Part shown: one piece after another, positions 1 to 8,915 of the stretch
How the letters are laid out: the number at the start of each line of letters is the position of its first letter
Position numbering within the stretch: position 1 is the stretch's first letter
NCBI GenBank assembly: GCA_036379875.1
Contig: DASVFV010000098.1
Location: forward strand, 19,828-83,827
Reading direction: 5' to 3'
DNA length: 64,000 nt
Source: Burkholderiales bacterium
GTDB taxonomy: Bacteria; Pseudomonadota; Gammaproteobacteria; Burkholderiales; SG8-39
The notes under the pieces: model-generated
What the model saw: the letters and a program-made list of their open reading frames with translations, nothing else
Told to the model about the DNA's origin: nothing
Database searches by the model: none
Position numbers and translations under genes: made by a program

Positions 1-324
1 CACGACGAGCTGAAGAAAAGCTCCGAATTCGACATCCCGTCCGCCAGGGTCACCGCGAAGGAGATGGACATGGCGATGCGCCTGGTCGAGGACATGGCGG
101 ACGACTGGAAGCCCGAGCGCTACAAGGACACGTTCCGCGACGACCTGATGAAGCGCATCGAGGAAAAGGTGAAGGCCGGGCAGACCGCGGAGATCACCGC
201 GCCGGCGAAAGAGGGCAAGGCGGAGAAAGGCGAGGTCATCGACCTGATGTCCGCGCTCAAGAAGAGCCTGGAGAGAAAACCGGCCAGGCGCGCCACCGCC
301 CACAGGAAACGCAGGGCAGCCTGA
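1..324 (+). CDS. ku: Ku (NHEJ DNA end-binding protein), C-terminal part; 5' end lies outside the window
   Basis: Frame-1 ORF is open from the window edge. The C-terminal sequence is Ku-like (EMDMAMRLVEDMADDWKPERYKDTFRDDLMKRIEEK) and ends in a basic tail. Confidence 0.75.
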   Translation, partial: HDELKKSSEFDIPSARVTAKEMDMAMRLVEDMADDWKPERYKDTFRDDLMKRIEEKVKAGQTAEITAPAKEGKAEKGEVIDLMSALKKSLERKPARRATAHRKRRAA

Positions 325-1412
325 TGCCGAAAAGACAGATCCGCTACGCCGTGGTCGGACTCGGGCACATCGCCCAGGTGGCGGTGCTTCCGGCGTTCGG
401 CAACGCGCGGCGCAACTCGAAGCTCGCCGCGCTGGTGTCCGGGGACGAATTAAAAAGAACAAGCCTTGCCGAAAAATACGGCGTGGAGAAAGCCTATTCG
501 TACGAGCAGTACGACGAATGCCTGAAGACGGTGGACGCGGTGTACATCGCGCTGCCGAATCACCTGCACTGCGAGTACGCGGTGCGTGCGGCAAAGGCCG
601 GCGTGCATGTGCTGGTCGAGAAACCGATGGCGGTCACCGAGGAGGAGTGCGAGGAGATGATCCGCGCCGCGCGCGAGGCGCGCGTCAAGCTGATGGTGGC
701 CTACCGGCTGCATTTCGAGCGCGCCAACCTGGAAGCGGGCGAGATCGCGCGCTCCGGGCGCATCGGCGAGCCGCGCCTGTTCAACTCCACATTCTGCACC
801 CCGGTGGTGCCGGGCAACATCCGCGTGCGCCGCGACACCGGCGGCGGCGTGCTGTATGACATCGGCATCTACTGCATCAACGCGGCGCGCGCACTGTTCC
901 GCGACGAGCCGATCGAGGTGCGCGCGCTGAGCGTCGGCACGCTCGACGAGGTGGAGGAAGCGGTGAGCGCGGTGCTGCGCTTCCCGAACGAGCGCCTGGC
1001 GAGCTTCACCGCCTCGTTCGGCGCGGCCAAGGTCTCGGAGTACCGCCTGGCCGGCACCAAGGGCGACCTCGCGCTCGAGCCCGCCTACGACTACGCGCGC
1101 CCGCTCAAGCACCGCCTCACGCTCGACGGCGAGATGCGCGAGCGGCGCTTCGCCAAGCGCGACCAGTTCGCGCCCGAGCTGCTCTACTTCTCCGACTGCG
1201 TGCTGCAGAACGGCACGCCCGAGCCCGGCGGCGACGAAGGCCTCGCCGACGTGCGCGTGATCCGCGCGCTGTACCGCTCGGCCGAGCGCGGCGCGCCGGT
1301 GGCGCTCGAGCCGTTCGCCAAGCGCGCGCGCCCGAGCCTCGAGCAGGAGATCCGGCGCCCGCCGGTCGAAAAACCCGACGTGATCCACGCGGCTGCCCCG
1401 TCGGGCAGCTGA
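324..1412 (+). CDS. Gfo/Idh/MocA family oxidoreductase
   Basis: 362-aa ORF with an N-terminal Rossmann motif (YAVVGLGHIA) and the EKP motif (VLVEKPMA). The start overlaps the ku stop (TGATG). Confidence 0.9.
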   Translation: MPKRQIRYAVVGLGHIAQVAVLPAFGNARRNSKLAALVSGDELKRTSLAEKYGVEKAYSYEQYDECLKTVDAVYIALPNHLHCEYAVRAAKAGVHVLVEKPMAVTEEECEEMIRAAREARVKLMVAYRLHFERANLEAGEIARSGRIGEPRLFNSTFCTPVVPGNIRVRRDTGGGVLYDIGIYCINAARALFRDEPIEVRALSVGTLDEVEEAVSAVLRFPNERLASFTASFGAAKVSEYRLAGTKGDLALEPAYDYARPLKHRLTLDGEMRERRFAKRDQFAPELLYFSDCVLQNGTPEPGGDEGLADVRVIRALYRSAERGAPVALEPFAKRARPSLEQEIRRPPVEKPDVIHAAAPSGS

Positions 1413-1437
1413 ATTTCTTACTTAACCAAAGGAGCCA

Positions 1438-1863
1438 GTGATGATGAAGACCCTGATCGCAGTCGCAGTGAGCGCCGCGTTCGCCTTCCCGGCGTTCGCG
1501 CAAACCAAGGCCGACACCAAGAACGACCCGAACCTGCCGAGCGCGCAGGAACGCGCCGAGAACCGCGAGAAGCTGAACGAGAAGCTGCCGACCGCGGAAG
1601 AACGCGCGCAGAACCGCGAGAAGGTGAGCAGGGGCGCGAGCAACGCGTCGCTCACCGCCAAGGTCAAGACCGCGCTCGCCTCCGACGCCGGCATGAAGAC
1701 CATGACCAACATCGATGTCGACTCCAACGAAGGCGTGGTCACGCTGAAGGGCAAAGTCGACTCGTCCGACGCGAAAAAGAAGGCCGAGGCGATCGCCAAG
1801 AAGGTGGACGGCGTGAAGCGCGTCAAGAACGAGCTCAAGGTCGAAGCGAAGAAGAGCTCGTAG
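1438..1863 (+). CDS. Secreted BON domain protein (OsmY-like)
   Basis: Signal peptide (…AFAFPAFA/QT) and a C-terminal BON-like segment (VKTALASDAGMKTMTNIDVDSNEGVVTLKGKV). An AAAGGAG Shine-Dalgarno sequence lies upstream. Confidence 0.85.
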   Translation: MMMKTLIAVAVSAAFAFPAFAQTKADTKNDPNLPSAQERAENREKLNEKLPTAEERAQNREKVSRGASNASLTAKVKTALASDAGMKTMTNIDVDSNEGVVTLKGKVDSSDAKKKAEAIAKKVDGVKRVKNELKVEAKKSS

Positions 1864-2094
1864 ATGGCGCAGCCCGGAACGCCGCTCCTCTCGGTCCTGC
1901 AGACCCGGGACGGCGTCTGGAGCGTCAACGAGCGCGGGCCCTCCCGCGTGGCGATCGCGTACTTCCCCACGAAATGGGGCGCGATGCGCCACGCGGTGCG
2001 CACCGCGCGGGCGAAGCCGCGCTGCCGCGTCGCGATCGTCGAGCGCGGGGGCGCGGTGCAGCTCGCTCATGACTACCAGCAGGAGGCAACATGA
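1864..2094 (+). CDS. Small hypothetical protein (DUF2188-like by eye)
   Basis: 76-aa ORF that starts directly after the BON stop (TAG-ATG). Its stop overlaps the next start (ATGA). The W-x-V…F-x-TK…A pattern resembles DUF2188. Confidence 0.5.
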   Translation: MAQPGTPLLSVLQTRDGVWSVNERGPSRVAIAYFPTKWGAMRHAVRTARAKPRCRVAIVERGGAVQLAHDYQQEAT

Positions 2095-2600
2095 AAACCA
2101 GGACCTTCGCACTGATCGCCGGCATCGCCTACCTGGGCGCCGGGCTGCTCGGCCTGATCCCGGCCGCGCTCATGCCGCCGCCGGCGGATGCGCCGCCGAC
2201 CAGCTTCACTCTGCTGTACGGCTACCTGCTCGGGCTCTTTCCCGTCAACGTGCTGCACAGCGCGGTGCACCTCGCGATCGGCTTCTGGGGTATCGCGGCC
2301 AGCCGCGATGCCACCGGCGCCAAGGTGTACGGCCGCTCGCTCGCCATCCTGTACGGCGTGCTCGCGGTGATGGGCCTCATCCCCGGCCTCAACAACGTGT
2401 TCGGCTTCATTCCGCTGCACGGCCACGACGTGTGGCTGCACGCGGGCACCGCGGCGATCGCCGCTTACTTCGGCTGGCGTACGGAGGTGGACGTGGAACG
2501 CAGGCACATGGCCGAGCGCCGGCAGCGCATGATGCCGGTCGCGCGCGAGCGCCGGCTCGGGCTCGCCGACCGCCGTCAGATGGCTTACACCGGCGCCTGA
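2091..2600 (+). CDS. DUF4383-type membrane protein, copy 1
   Basis: Four hydrophobic segments and the conserved NVLHSAVHLAIG and HGHDVWLHAG motifs. The C-terminal tail is rich in ERR/DRR units. Confidence 0.8.
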   Translation: MKTRTFALIAGIAYLGAGLLGLIPAALMPPPADAPPTSFTLLYGYLLGLFPVNVLHSAVHLAIGFWGIAASRDATGAKVYGRSLAILYGVLAVMGLIPGLNNVFGFIPLHGHDVWLHAGTAAIAAYFGWRTEVDVERRHMAERRQRMMPVARERRLGLADRRQMAYTGA

Positions 2601-2710
2601 GACGTAAAAGAAGGTTAAAGAGCCGAGCCTCCGGGTTGCAGGACAGCGGCGGACGGCGCGCACGAGCCGCAGACTGAAAAAAAGATAAACTCGCGCTGGG
2701 AGGGAGAAGA

Positions 2711-3244
2711 ATGAGAAGCGCGACGTTTGCGTTGTTCGCGGGTATCGCCTACTTGAGCGCCGGCATCATCGGCCTCATCCCGGCGGAGCTTTCGCCGCCG
2801 CCGGCCGATGCGCCGCTGGTGCGCTACAACGTGCTGTACGGCCACATGCTCGGGATATTCCCGGTCAACGTGCTGCACAGCATCGTCCACCTGGCGATCG
2901 GCGCCTGGGGGATCTCGGCGTGGCGCGCCGACCACCACTTCGGCCGCGGCATGGGCAGCCCGAAGCTGTTCGCGCGCTCGATCGCCATCTTCTACGCCGC
3001 GCTCGCCCTGCTCGGCCTGATCCCGGCCACCAACACGCTGTTCGGCCTGATCCCGATCTACGGCCACGACGTGTGGCTGCACGCCGGTACCGCGCTCGTC
3101 GCGAGCTATTTCGGCTGGCGCACCGAGAACGAGGTCGAGCGGCGCGGCGGCGAGTCGACCGACCGGCGCCAGCAGGCGGTGCCGGTCGAGGTCGAGCGCC
3201 GCCTCGGCCACGCCGACCGCCGCGTGCCGGGCAGCGAAGTCTAG
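2711..3244 (+). CDS. DUF4383-type membrane protein, copy 2 (tandem paralog)
   Basis: Aligns by eye with copy 1 over the full length, including the Arg-rich tail. Confidence 0.8.
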   Translation: MRSATFALFAGIAYLSAGIIGLIPAELSPPPADAPLVRYNVLYGHMLGIFPVNVLHSIVHLAIGAWGISAWRADHHFGRGMGSPKLFARSIAIFYAALALLGLIPATNTLFGLIPIYGHDVWLHAGTALVASYFGWRTENEVERRGGESTDRRQQAVPVEVERRLGHADRRVPGSEV

Positions 3245-3258
3245 GGAAGCTCTGAAAA

Positions 3259-3333
3259 GTCGTCCCCGCGAAGGCGGGGACCCCGTCTTTTCTTTTTAGA
3301 TTAAATGGGGTTCCCGCCTGCGCAGGAACGACG
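3259..3333. repeat. Composite palindromic REP/MITE-like element, copy 1
   Basis: GTCGTCCCCGCGAAGGCGGGGACCCC, an AT-rich spacer, then GGGGTTCCCGCCTGCGCAGGAACGAC (inverted half). It lies between convergent genes. The same architecture occurs at 14337 and 45191. Confidence 0.8.
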
Positions 3334-3356
3334 GTTTTGCGCGTGTGCCGGGATTG

Positions 3357-4442
3357 TTAGCGGCTCGCGAGCGCCGCCCCTTCGGTGAGGGATTTCAACT
3401 TCGCCCATGCGACTTGAGGATGGGAGCGCCCGCCGAAGCCGCAGTCGCACCCCGCGATCACGTTCTCGCTGCCGAGGCGCCGCACGAAGCGCCGGATGCG
3501 CTGCGCCACGAGCTCCGGGTGCTCGACCACGTCGGTGGAATGCGTCACCACGCCGGGAACGAGGATCTTGCCCTCCGGCAGCTTCACGCTGTCCCACACC
3601 GCGTACTCGTGCTCGTGGCGCGCATTCGCGCCCTCGATGAGGTAGGCCTGCGCCTTCACGCGCAGCAGCAGGTCCACCACGTCCTTCAGCTCGATGTCGA
3701 ACGCGTGCGGGCCATGCCAGCTTCCCCAGCACAGGTGGTAGCGCACGCGCTCTTCCGGCACGTTGCGCAACGCATGGTTCAGCGCTTCGATGCGCAGCAG
3801 TGACCTTTTCTTGAAAGCGGAAAGCCCCACGGGGATTCCGATGCGGTCCCACAGCGCGACCAGCCACGCGTCGTCGATCTGCAGCACCACGCCTGAAGCG
3901 GCGATCGCCTCGTACTCCACGCGCATCGCCTCGGCGATGGCGCAGACGAATTCCTCCTCGCTCCTGTAATACTCGTTGCGCCGGTAGACCTCCAGGCTCG
4001 CCGGCGCGGTGGAGGTCAGGAACGCGTCCTCCGCAGGCACGCGAGCCTTCAGCGCCTCGATCTCCTTCTGCAATGAATCGAGGCCGGTATAGGTGATGGG
4101 CGCGGTGCAGACCCAGATTGGGCGCACGCGCTTGATCTGCTCGCCCGGCGCGTAGAACAGCGTGCCCTTTTCGGCCGCGTACTTGTAGAACTCGGCGAAG
4201 GCTTCGCGGTCCCGGCCCTGCGCGATGAGCGGCACCGCCCCCGGGGCGGGCGGGCGCGGCTCGAAGCCGCCGAAGCGGCTCTCCATGTACGAGAGCCAGT
4301 CGCCGCCCTTCGTGTATTCGCCCTCGTTCACCAGGTCCAGGCCGAGCTCGCGCTGCTTGCGCACCACCCATTCGACGTCCTGCCCCTCGTACGGGAGGCT
4401 TCCCACGTGCGTGGTGAGGATCTTTTTCGTCGAGCGTTTCAT
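3357..4442 (-). CDS. Cobalamin-independent methionine synthase family protein (MetE C-terminal-like, Meth_synt_2)
   Basis: Start corrected to MKRSTKKILTTHVGSLP (ATG at 4442). A C-terminal CDCGFG motif is present. The first 27 codons of the track ORF are an extension. Confidence 0.85.
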   Translation of the reverse strand: MKRSTKKILTTHVGSLPYEGQDVEWVVRKQRELGLDLVNEGEYTKGGDWLSYMESRFGGFEPRPPAPGAVPLIAQGRDREAFAEFYKYAAEKGTLFYAPGEQIKRVRPIWVCTAPITYTGLDSLQKEIEALKARVPAEDAFLTSTAPASLEVYRRNEYYRSEEEFVCAIAEAMRVEYEAIAASGVVLQIDDAWLVALWDRIGIPVGLSAFKKRSLLRIEALNHALRNVPEERVRYHLCWGSWHGPHAFDIELKDVVDLLLRVKAQAYLIEGANARHEHEYAVWDSVKLPEGKILVPGVVTHSTDVVEHPELVAQRIRRFVRRLGSENVIAGCDCGFGGRSHPQVAWAKLKSLTEGAALASR

Positions 4443-4480
4443 TCTTTGGTATGGTAGCGGCTCCTTAGGAGGAGGAAGCC

Positions 4481-5656
4481 ATGCTTCGCATCGCCATCGC
4501 CGTCGCCGCGGCGCTCGCCGCATCCGGCACCTACGCGCAACAGACCGTCAAGATCGGCATGCCGCTCACGCTGTCCGGCCAGTTCGCCGACGCCGCGAAC
4601 CAGATGCTGAACGGCGTGAAGACCTACATGAAGATGCACGGCGACACGGTGGCCGGGCGCAAGATCGAGCTCGTCACCAAGGACGTCGGCGGCCCGGCAC
4701 CCGACGTCGCCAAGCGCCTGTCGCAGGAGCTGGTGGTGCGCGACAACGTCGACATGCTGGCCGGCTACGTGCTCACGCCGAACGCGATGGCGGGCGGCGA
4801 CGTGTCGGCCGAGGCGAAGAAGTTCATGGTGGTGATGAATGCCGCCACCTCGGTGGTGATCACCAAGTCGCCGTACATGATCCGCACCTCGGTCACGCTG
4901 CCGCAGGTGATGGAGACCTTCGGCACCTGGGCGGCGGCCAAGGGCGGCGTGAAGCAGGTGTACACCATGGTCACCGACTACGGCCCCGGGCACGACTCGG
5001 AGAGCGCGTTCCAGAGCGCCTTCAAGGCGGCCGGCGGCAACGTGGTCGGCTCGGTGCGCTTCCCGGTCGCGAACCCGGACTTCTCGGCCTTCGTGCAGCG
5101 CGCCAAGGACATCGGCCCGGAGGCGATCTTCATCTTCATTCCGGGCGGCGCGCAGCCCGCGGCGCTCGGCAAGGCGATGGCCGAGCGCGGCATCGACAAG
5201 AAGAAGACCAAGGTGCTTGGCTCGGGCGAGACCACCGCGGAGGCGGCGCTGAAGAGCATGGGCGACACCGCGCTCGACATCATCACCGCGTGGCACTACG
5301 ACTACATGGACAAGAACCCGCTCAACCAGAAGTTCGTCAAGGCCTACCAGGAAGTGTCGAACGGCCGCAACCCGGACTTCTTCTCGATCGGCGGCTATGA
5401 CGGCATGCACGCGATCTACGAGACGCTCAAGAAGACCAAGGGCAAGACCGACGCCGAGGCCATGATCGCGGCCGCCAAGGGCCTCAAGTGGGACAGCCCG
5501 CGCGGGCCGATGATGATCGATCCGGAGACGCGCGACGTGGTGCAGAACGTGTACATCCGCCGCGTGCAGAAGGTCGGCAACGAGCTGGTCAACGTGCCGT
5601 TCGACATGATCCCGATGGTGAAGGACCCGGCCGGGGAGCGCCGTAAGAAGAAATAG
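4481..5656 (+). CDS. ABC transporter substrate-binding protein, LivJ/LivK (Peripla_BP_6) family
   Basis: Signal peptide (…ASGTYA/QQ), typical length, and position as first gene of a Liv-type transporter operon. Confidence 0.9.
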   Translation: MLRIAIAVAAALAASGTYAQQTVKIGMPLTLSGQFADAANQMLNGVKTYMKMHGDTVAGRKIELVTKDVGGPAPDVAKRLSQELVVRDNVDMLAGYVLTPNAMAGGDVSAEAKKFMVVMNAATSVVITKSPYMIRTSVTLPQVMETFGTWAAAKGGVKQVYTMVTDYGPGHDSESAFQSAFKAAGGNVVGSVRFPVANPDFSAFVQRAKDIGPEAIFIFIPGGAQPAALGKAMAERGIDKKKTKVLGSGETTAEAALKSMGDTALDIITAWHYDYMDKNPLNQKFVKAYQEVSNGRNPDFFSIGGYDGMHAIYETLKKTKGKTDAEAMIAAAKGLKWDSPRGPMMIDPETRDVVQNVYIRRVQKVGNELVNVPFDMIPMVKDPAGERRKKK

Positions 5657-5665
5657 GTAGTCCCC

Positions 5666-6532
5666 GTGCTTTCTTCGCTGGCGGGCGTGCTCTTCGACGG
5701 GTTCGCCTACGGGATGCTGCTGTTCCTGCTCTCGGTGGGGCTGTCGGTGACGCTCGGGATGATGAACTTCGTCAACCTGGCGCACTACGGCTTCGCCCTG
5801 GTGGGCGGCTACGCGATGGTCACGCTGGTCAACCAGCTGGGCTGGAATTTCTTCGCCGCCCTGCCGCTCGCCTTCATCGTCGCGGCGCTGGTGTCGGTGG
5901 TGCTGGAGCGCACGCTGTTCCGGCGCCTCTACCGCGCCACGGACCTCGACCAGTGCCTGTTCACCATCGGCATCGCGTTCATCGCGATCGCGGCCTTTTC
6001 CTGGTTCTACACCAGCGAGCCGCAGTCGGTTCCGGCGCCGTTCGCGCGCGACCAGCCGATCGTGGTGATGGGCATGGGCTTCAGCCAGTACCGCACCTTC
6101 CTGATCGTGTTCGGCCTCGCGGTCACGGCTGTCCTGGTGTTCTTCCTCGAAAGGACCCGGTTCGGCGCGCGCATCCGCGCCGCGGTCGACAATCAGCGCA
6201 TGGCGCGCGGCCTGGGCATCGACGTCGACCGCGCCTTCATGTTCACCTTCGCGCTCGGCGGCGGGCTCGCCGGGCTGGGCGGCGCGCTCGCCATCGAGGT
6301 GATCGGCCTCGACCCGAGCTTCGCGCTGAGCTACCTGCTGGTCTACGTGCTGATCGTGGTGGCGGTCGGCGGCCTGGGATCGATCGGCGGCTCGTTCGCG
6401 GCCGCGACCGTGCTCGGCATCACCGACACGGCGGGCAAGTACTACTTTCCGTGGCTCGGCTCCTTCCTCATCTACCTCGTCATGGTCGGGTTGCTGATGT
6501 GGCGTCCCCAGGGTCTGTTTGGAAAACGCTGA
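5666..6532 (+). CDS. Branched-chain amino acid type ABC permease (LivH-like)
   Basis: 288-aa polytopic membrane ORF directly after the SBP gene. Confidence 0.9.
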   Translation: MLSSLAGVLFDGFAYGMLLFLLSVGLSVTLGMMNFVNLAHYGFALVGGYAMVTLVNQLGWNFFAALPLAFIVAALVSVVLERTLFRRLYRATDLDQCLFTIGIAFIAIAAFSWFYTSEPQSVPAPFARDQPIVVMGMGFSQYRTFLIVFGLAVTAVLVFFLERTRFGARIRAAVDNQRMARGLGIDVDRAFMFTFALGGGLAGLGGALAIEVIGLDPSFALSYLLVYVLIVVAVGGLGSIGGSFAAATVLGITDTAGKYYFPWLGSFLIYLVMVGLLMWRPQGLFGKR

Positions 6533-7508
6533 ATCCAACGCGGTTTCTTCGCGTCCTCTGGCCCATTTCCGGCAGAAGACGCGCTGGCACCCGCTGGAGA
6601 TCGCGTTCTGGCTGTGCACGCTGCTGCCGTTCGTGGTCACGCCGCACTACCTGTCGCTCGCCAGCCAGATCGCCATCACGGCCCTCTTCGCGCTGTCGCT
6701 CGACCTGATCCTCGGCTACGCCGGCATCGTGTCGCTCGGCCATGCGGCTTTCTTCGGTGTCGGCGCCTACACCGCGGGACTGATCGCCAAGCATTACTGG
6801 ACCGAGCCGCTCAGCGCGCTGCTCATCGCTGCCGCGCTCGCCGGCCTGGTGGGTTACGCGACCAGCCACATCATCGTGCGCTTCCGCCACCTCGCGCTCA
6901 TCATGCTGACCATGGGCCTCGGCCTGCTGCTGCACGAGGCCTTCAACAGCGCGAGCGCGCTGACCGGCGGCGCCGACGGGCTGCAGGGCTTTCGCGTGCC
7001 GGCGGTGCTCGGTTTCAAGTTCGATATGTTCGGCCGCGCCGCCTACGCCTATTCGCTGGCGGTGCTGTTCATCTGTTTCCTGGTTTGCCGAAGAATCATC
7101 CACTCGCCGTTCGGCCTGGCCCTGCGCGGGATCCGGGAGAACGCCACGCGCATGCCGGCGATCGGCGCGCCGAGCCGCGCGCACCTGCGCAAGGCCTACA
7201 CCATCGCCGCGGTGCTGGCCGGCATCGCCGGCGCGCTCCTCACCCACACCACCTCGACGGTGTCGCTCGAGACGCTGTCCTTCGGCCGCTCGGCCGACGT
7301 GCTGGTGATCCTGATCCTCGGCGGCGCCGGCCGCCTGTACGGCGGCATCATCGGCGCGATCATCTACATGGTGGCGCGCGACCAGTTCTCCGGCATCAAC
7401 CCGCAATACTGGTACTTCTGGATCGGCCTGCTGCTGGTCGCGGTGGTGATGTTCCTGCCCAACGGGATCCTGGGAGGGTTGTCAAGATTCTTTCCACGCA
7501 AAAGCTGA
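6519..7508 (+). CDS. Branched-chain amino acid type ABC permease (LivM-like)
   Basis: 329-aa polytopic membrane ORF with a TTG start that overlaps the previous gene. Confidence 0.85.
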   Translation: MENAESNAVSSRPLAHFRQKTRWHPLEIAFWLCTLLPFVVTPHYLSLASQIAITALFALSLDLILGYAGIVSLGHAAFFGVGAYTAGLIAKHYWTEPLSALLIAAALAGLVGYATSHIIVRFRHLALIMLTMGLGLLLHEAFNSASALTGGADGLQGFRVPAVLGFKFDMFGRAAYAYSLAVLFICFLVCRRIIHSPFGLALRGIRENATRMPAIGAPSRAHLRKAYTIAAVLAGIAGALLTHTTSTVSLETLSFGRSADVLVILILGGAGRLYGGIIGAIIYMVARDQFSGINPQYWYFWIGLLLVAVVMFLPNGILGGLSRFFPRKS

Positions 7509-8233
7509 ACAAGAGCTTCGGCTCGCTGGTCGTCGCGCACGACATCAGCCTCGAGCTGCCGCAGGGGGTTCGTTATGCCCTCATCGGGCCGAACGGCGCG
7601 GGCAAGACCACGCTCATGAACCTGCTCACCGGCATGCTGCGGCCGGATTCGGGCGCGGTGTTCCTGGGCGGCGAGGACGTGACCGCGCTGCGGCCCGACC
7701 AGCGCGTGAAGCGCGGGCTCGCGCGCACCTTCCAGATCAACACGCTGTTCCCGCACCTGAGCGCGCTCGAATCGGTGACGCTCGCGGTGCTCGAGCGCGA
7801 AGGCCATGCGCACAACTGGTGGCGCGGCCTGCCGCGCTTCTCTGCGGCGATCGAAGAGGCGCACGCGATCCTGCAATCGTTGAAGGTCCCTGCCGAAAAA
7901 CAGACGCGCGAGCTCCCGTACGGCCAGCAAAGGCTGCTCGAGATCGCGCTGGCGCTCGCCACGAAGCCGAAAGTGCTGCTGCTCGACGAGCCGGCCGCCG
8001 GGGTGCCGAAGGAGGAAAGCGCGGCGCTGTTCGACGCCATCGCCAACCTGTCGCGCGAGCTCACCATCCTGTTCATCGAGCACGACATGGACGTGGTGTT
8101 CCGCTTCGCGGCCAGGATCATCGTCATGGTGGGCGGGCGCATCCTGGTCGAGGGCGCACCGCAGGACATCGCGCGCGACGCTGCGGTACGCGAGGTGTAT
8201 CTAGGGAAAATGAGTCGGGAAGCGCATGCTTGA
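7481..8233 (+). CDS. ABC transporter ATP-binding protein (LivG-like); start codon unresolved
   Basis: Walker A GPNGAGKTT, signature LPYGQQRLLEIA and Walker B LLLDEP. The N-terminus should be near ILSTQKLNKSFG, but no in-frame ATG/GTG/TTG exists there. Confidence 0.8.
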   Translation, partial: VKILSTQKLNKSFGSLVVAHDISLELPQGVRYALIGPNGAGKTTLMNLLTGMLRPDSGAVFLGGEDVTALRPDQRVKRGLARTFQINTLFPHLSALESVTLAVLEREGHAHNWWRGLPRFSAAIEEAHAILQSLKVPAEKQTRELPYGQQRLLEIALALATKPKVLLLDEPAAGVPKEESAALFDAIANLSRELTILFIEHDMDVVFRFAARIIVMVGGRILVEGAPQDIARDAAVREVYLGKMSREAHA

Positions 8234-8915
8234 GCTGAAGAACGTGCGCGCCGGCTACGGCGAGGCGGTGGTGCTCGAGGACATCTCGCTCGAGCTGCCG
8301 GCGAGCGGCAGCCTCGCGGTGCTGGGACGCAACGGGGTCGGCAAGTCCACCCTGCTCCTCACCATCATGGGCTACACGCGGCTCCACCAGGGCAGCATTG
8401 CCTTCAGGGATCGAGACCTGGCGGGCCTGCCGGCCCACCGCCGCGCGCAGCTCGGCATCGGCTGGGTGGCGCAGGAGCGCGAGATCTTCCCCTCGCTCAG
8501 CCTGGAGGAGAACCTGACCGTGGCGGCGCGCCCCGGGCGCTGGGACCTCGAAGCGGTCTACCAGCTGTTCCCGCGCCTGCGCGAGCGCAGGCGCAACATG
8601 GGCAACCAGCTCTCGGGCGGCGAGCAGCAGATGCTCGCGATCGCGCGCGCGCTGATGACCAACCCGTCGCTGCTCCTGCTCGACGAGCCGCTCGAGGGCT
8701 TGGCGCCCATCATCATCGAGGAACTGGTTTCCAGCCTCAGGAATCTGCAGGGCATGGCCGTCGTGCTGGTCGAGCAGCACACCGGCATCGCGCTCTCGCT
8801 CACCGAGAACGCGGTGGTGATCGAGCGCGGCCGCATCGTGCACCGCGCCCGCTCCGCGGAGCTGGCGCGCGACCCCGACATGGCCGCGCGCGTACTAGGC
8901 CTCGCCGCCGGCTAG
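8226..8915 (+). CDS. ABC transporter ATP-binding protein (LivF-like)
   Basis: Walker A GRNGVGKST, signature LSGGEQQMLAIA and Walker B LLLDEP. Overlaps the end of the LivG-like gene. Confidence 0.9.
   Translation: MLELKNVRAGYGEAVVLEDISLELPASGSLAVLGRNGVGKSTLLLTIMGYTRLHQGSIAFRDRDLAGLPAHRRAQLGIGWVAQEREIFPSLSLEENLTVAARPGRWDLEAVYQLFPRLRERRRNMGNQLSGGEQQMLAIARALMTNPSLLLLDEPLEGLAPIIIEELVSSLRNLQGMAVVLVEQHTGIALSLTENAVVIERGRIVHRARSAELARDPDMAARVLGLAAG

Noticed and set aside
5291-5307. Additional TGGCAC hexamers at 5291, 6586 (approx.), 36307 (approx.), 37879 and 39076 (approx.), plus the reverse complement near 29069 and 51340, considered as sigma-54 promoters.
   Set aside because: All lie inside coding sequence, and none has GC at the correct +12 spacing (no TTGC -12 element).
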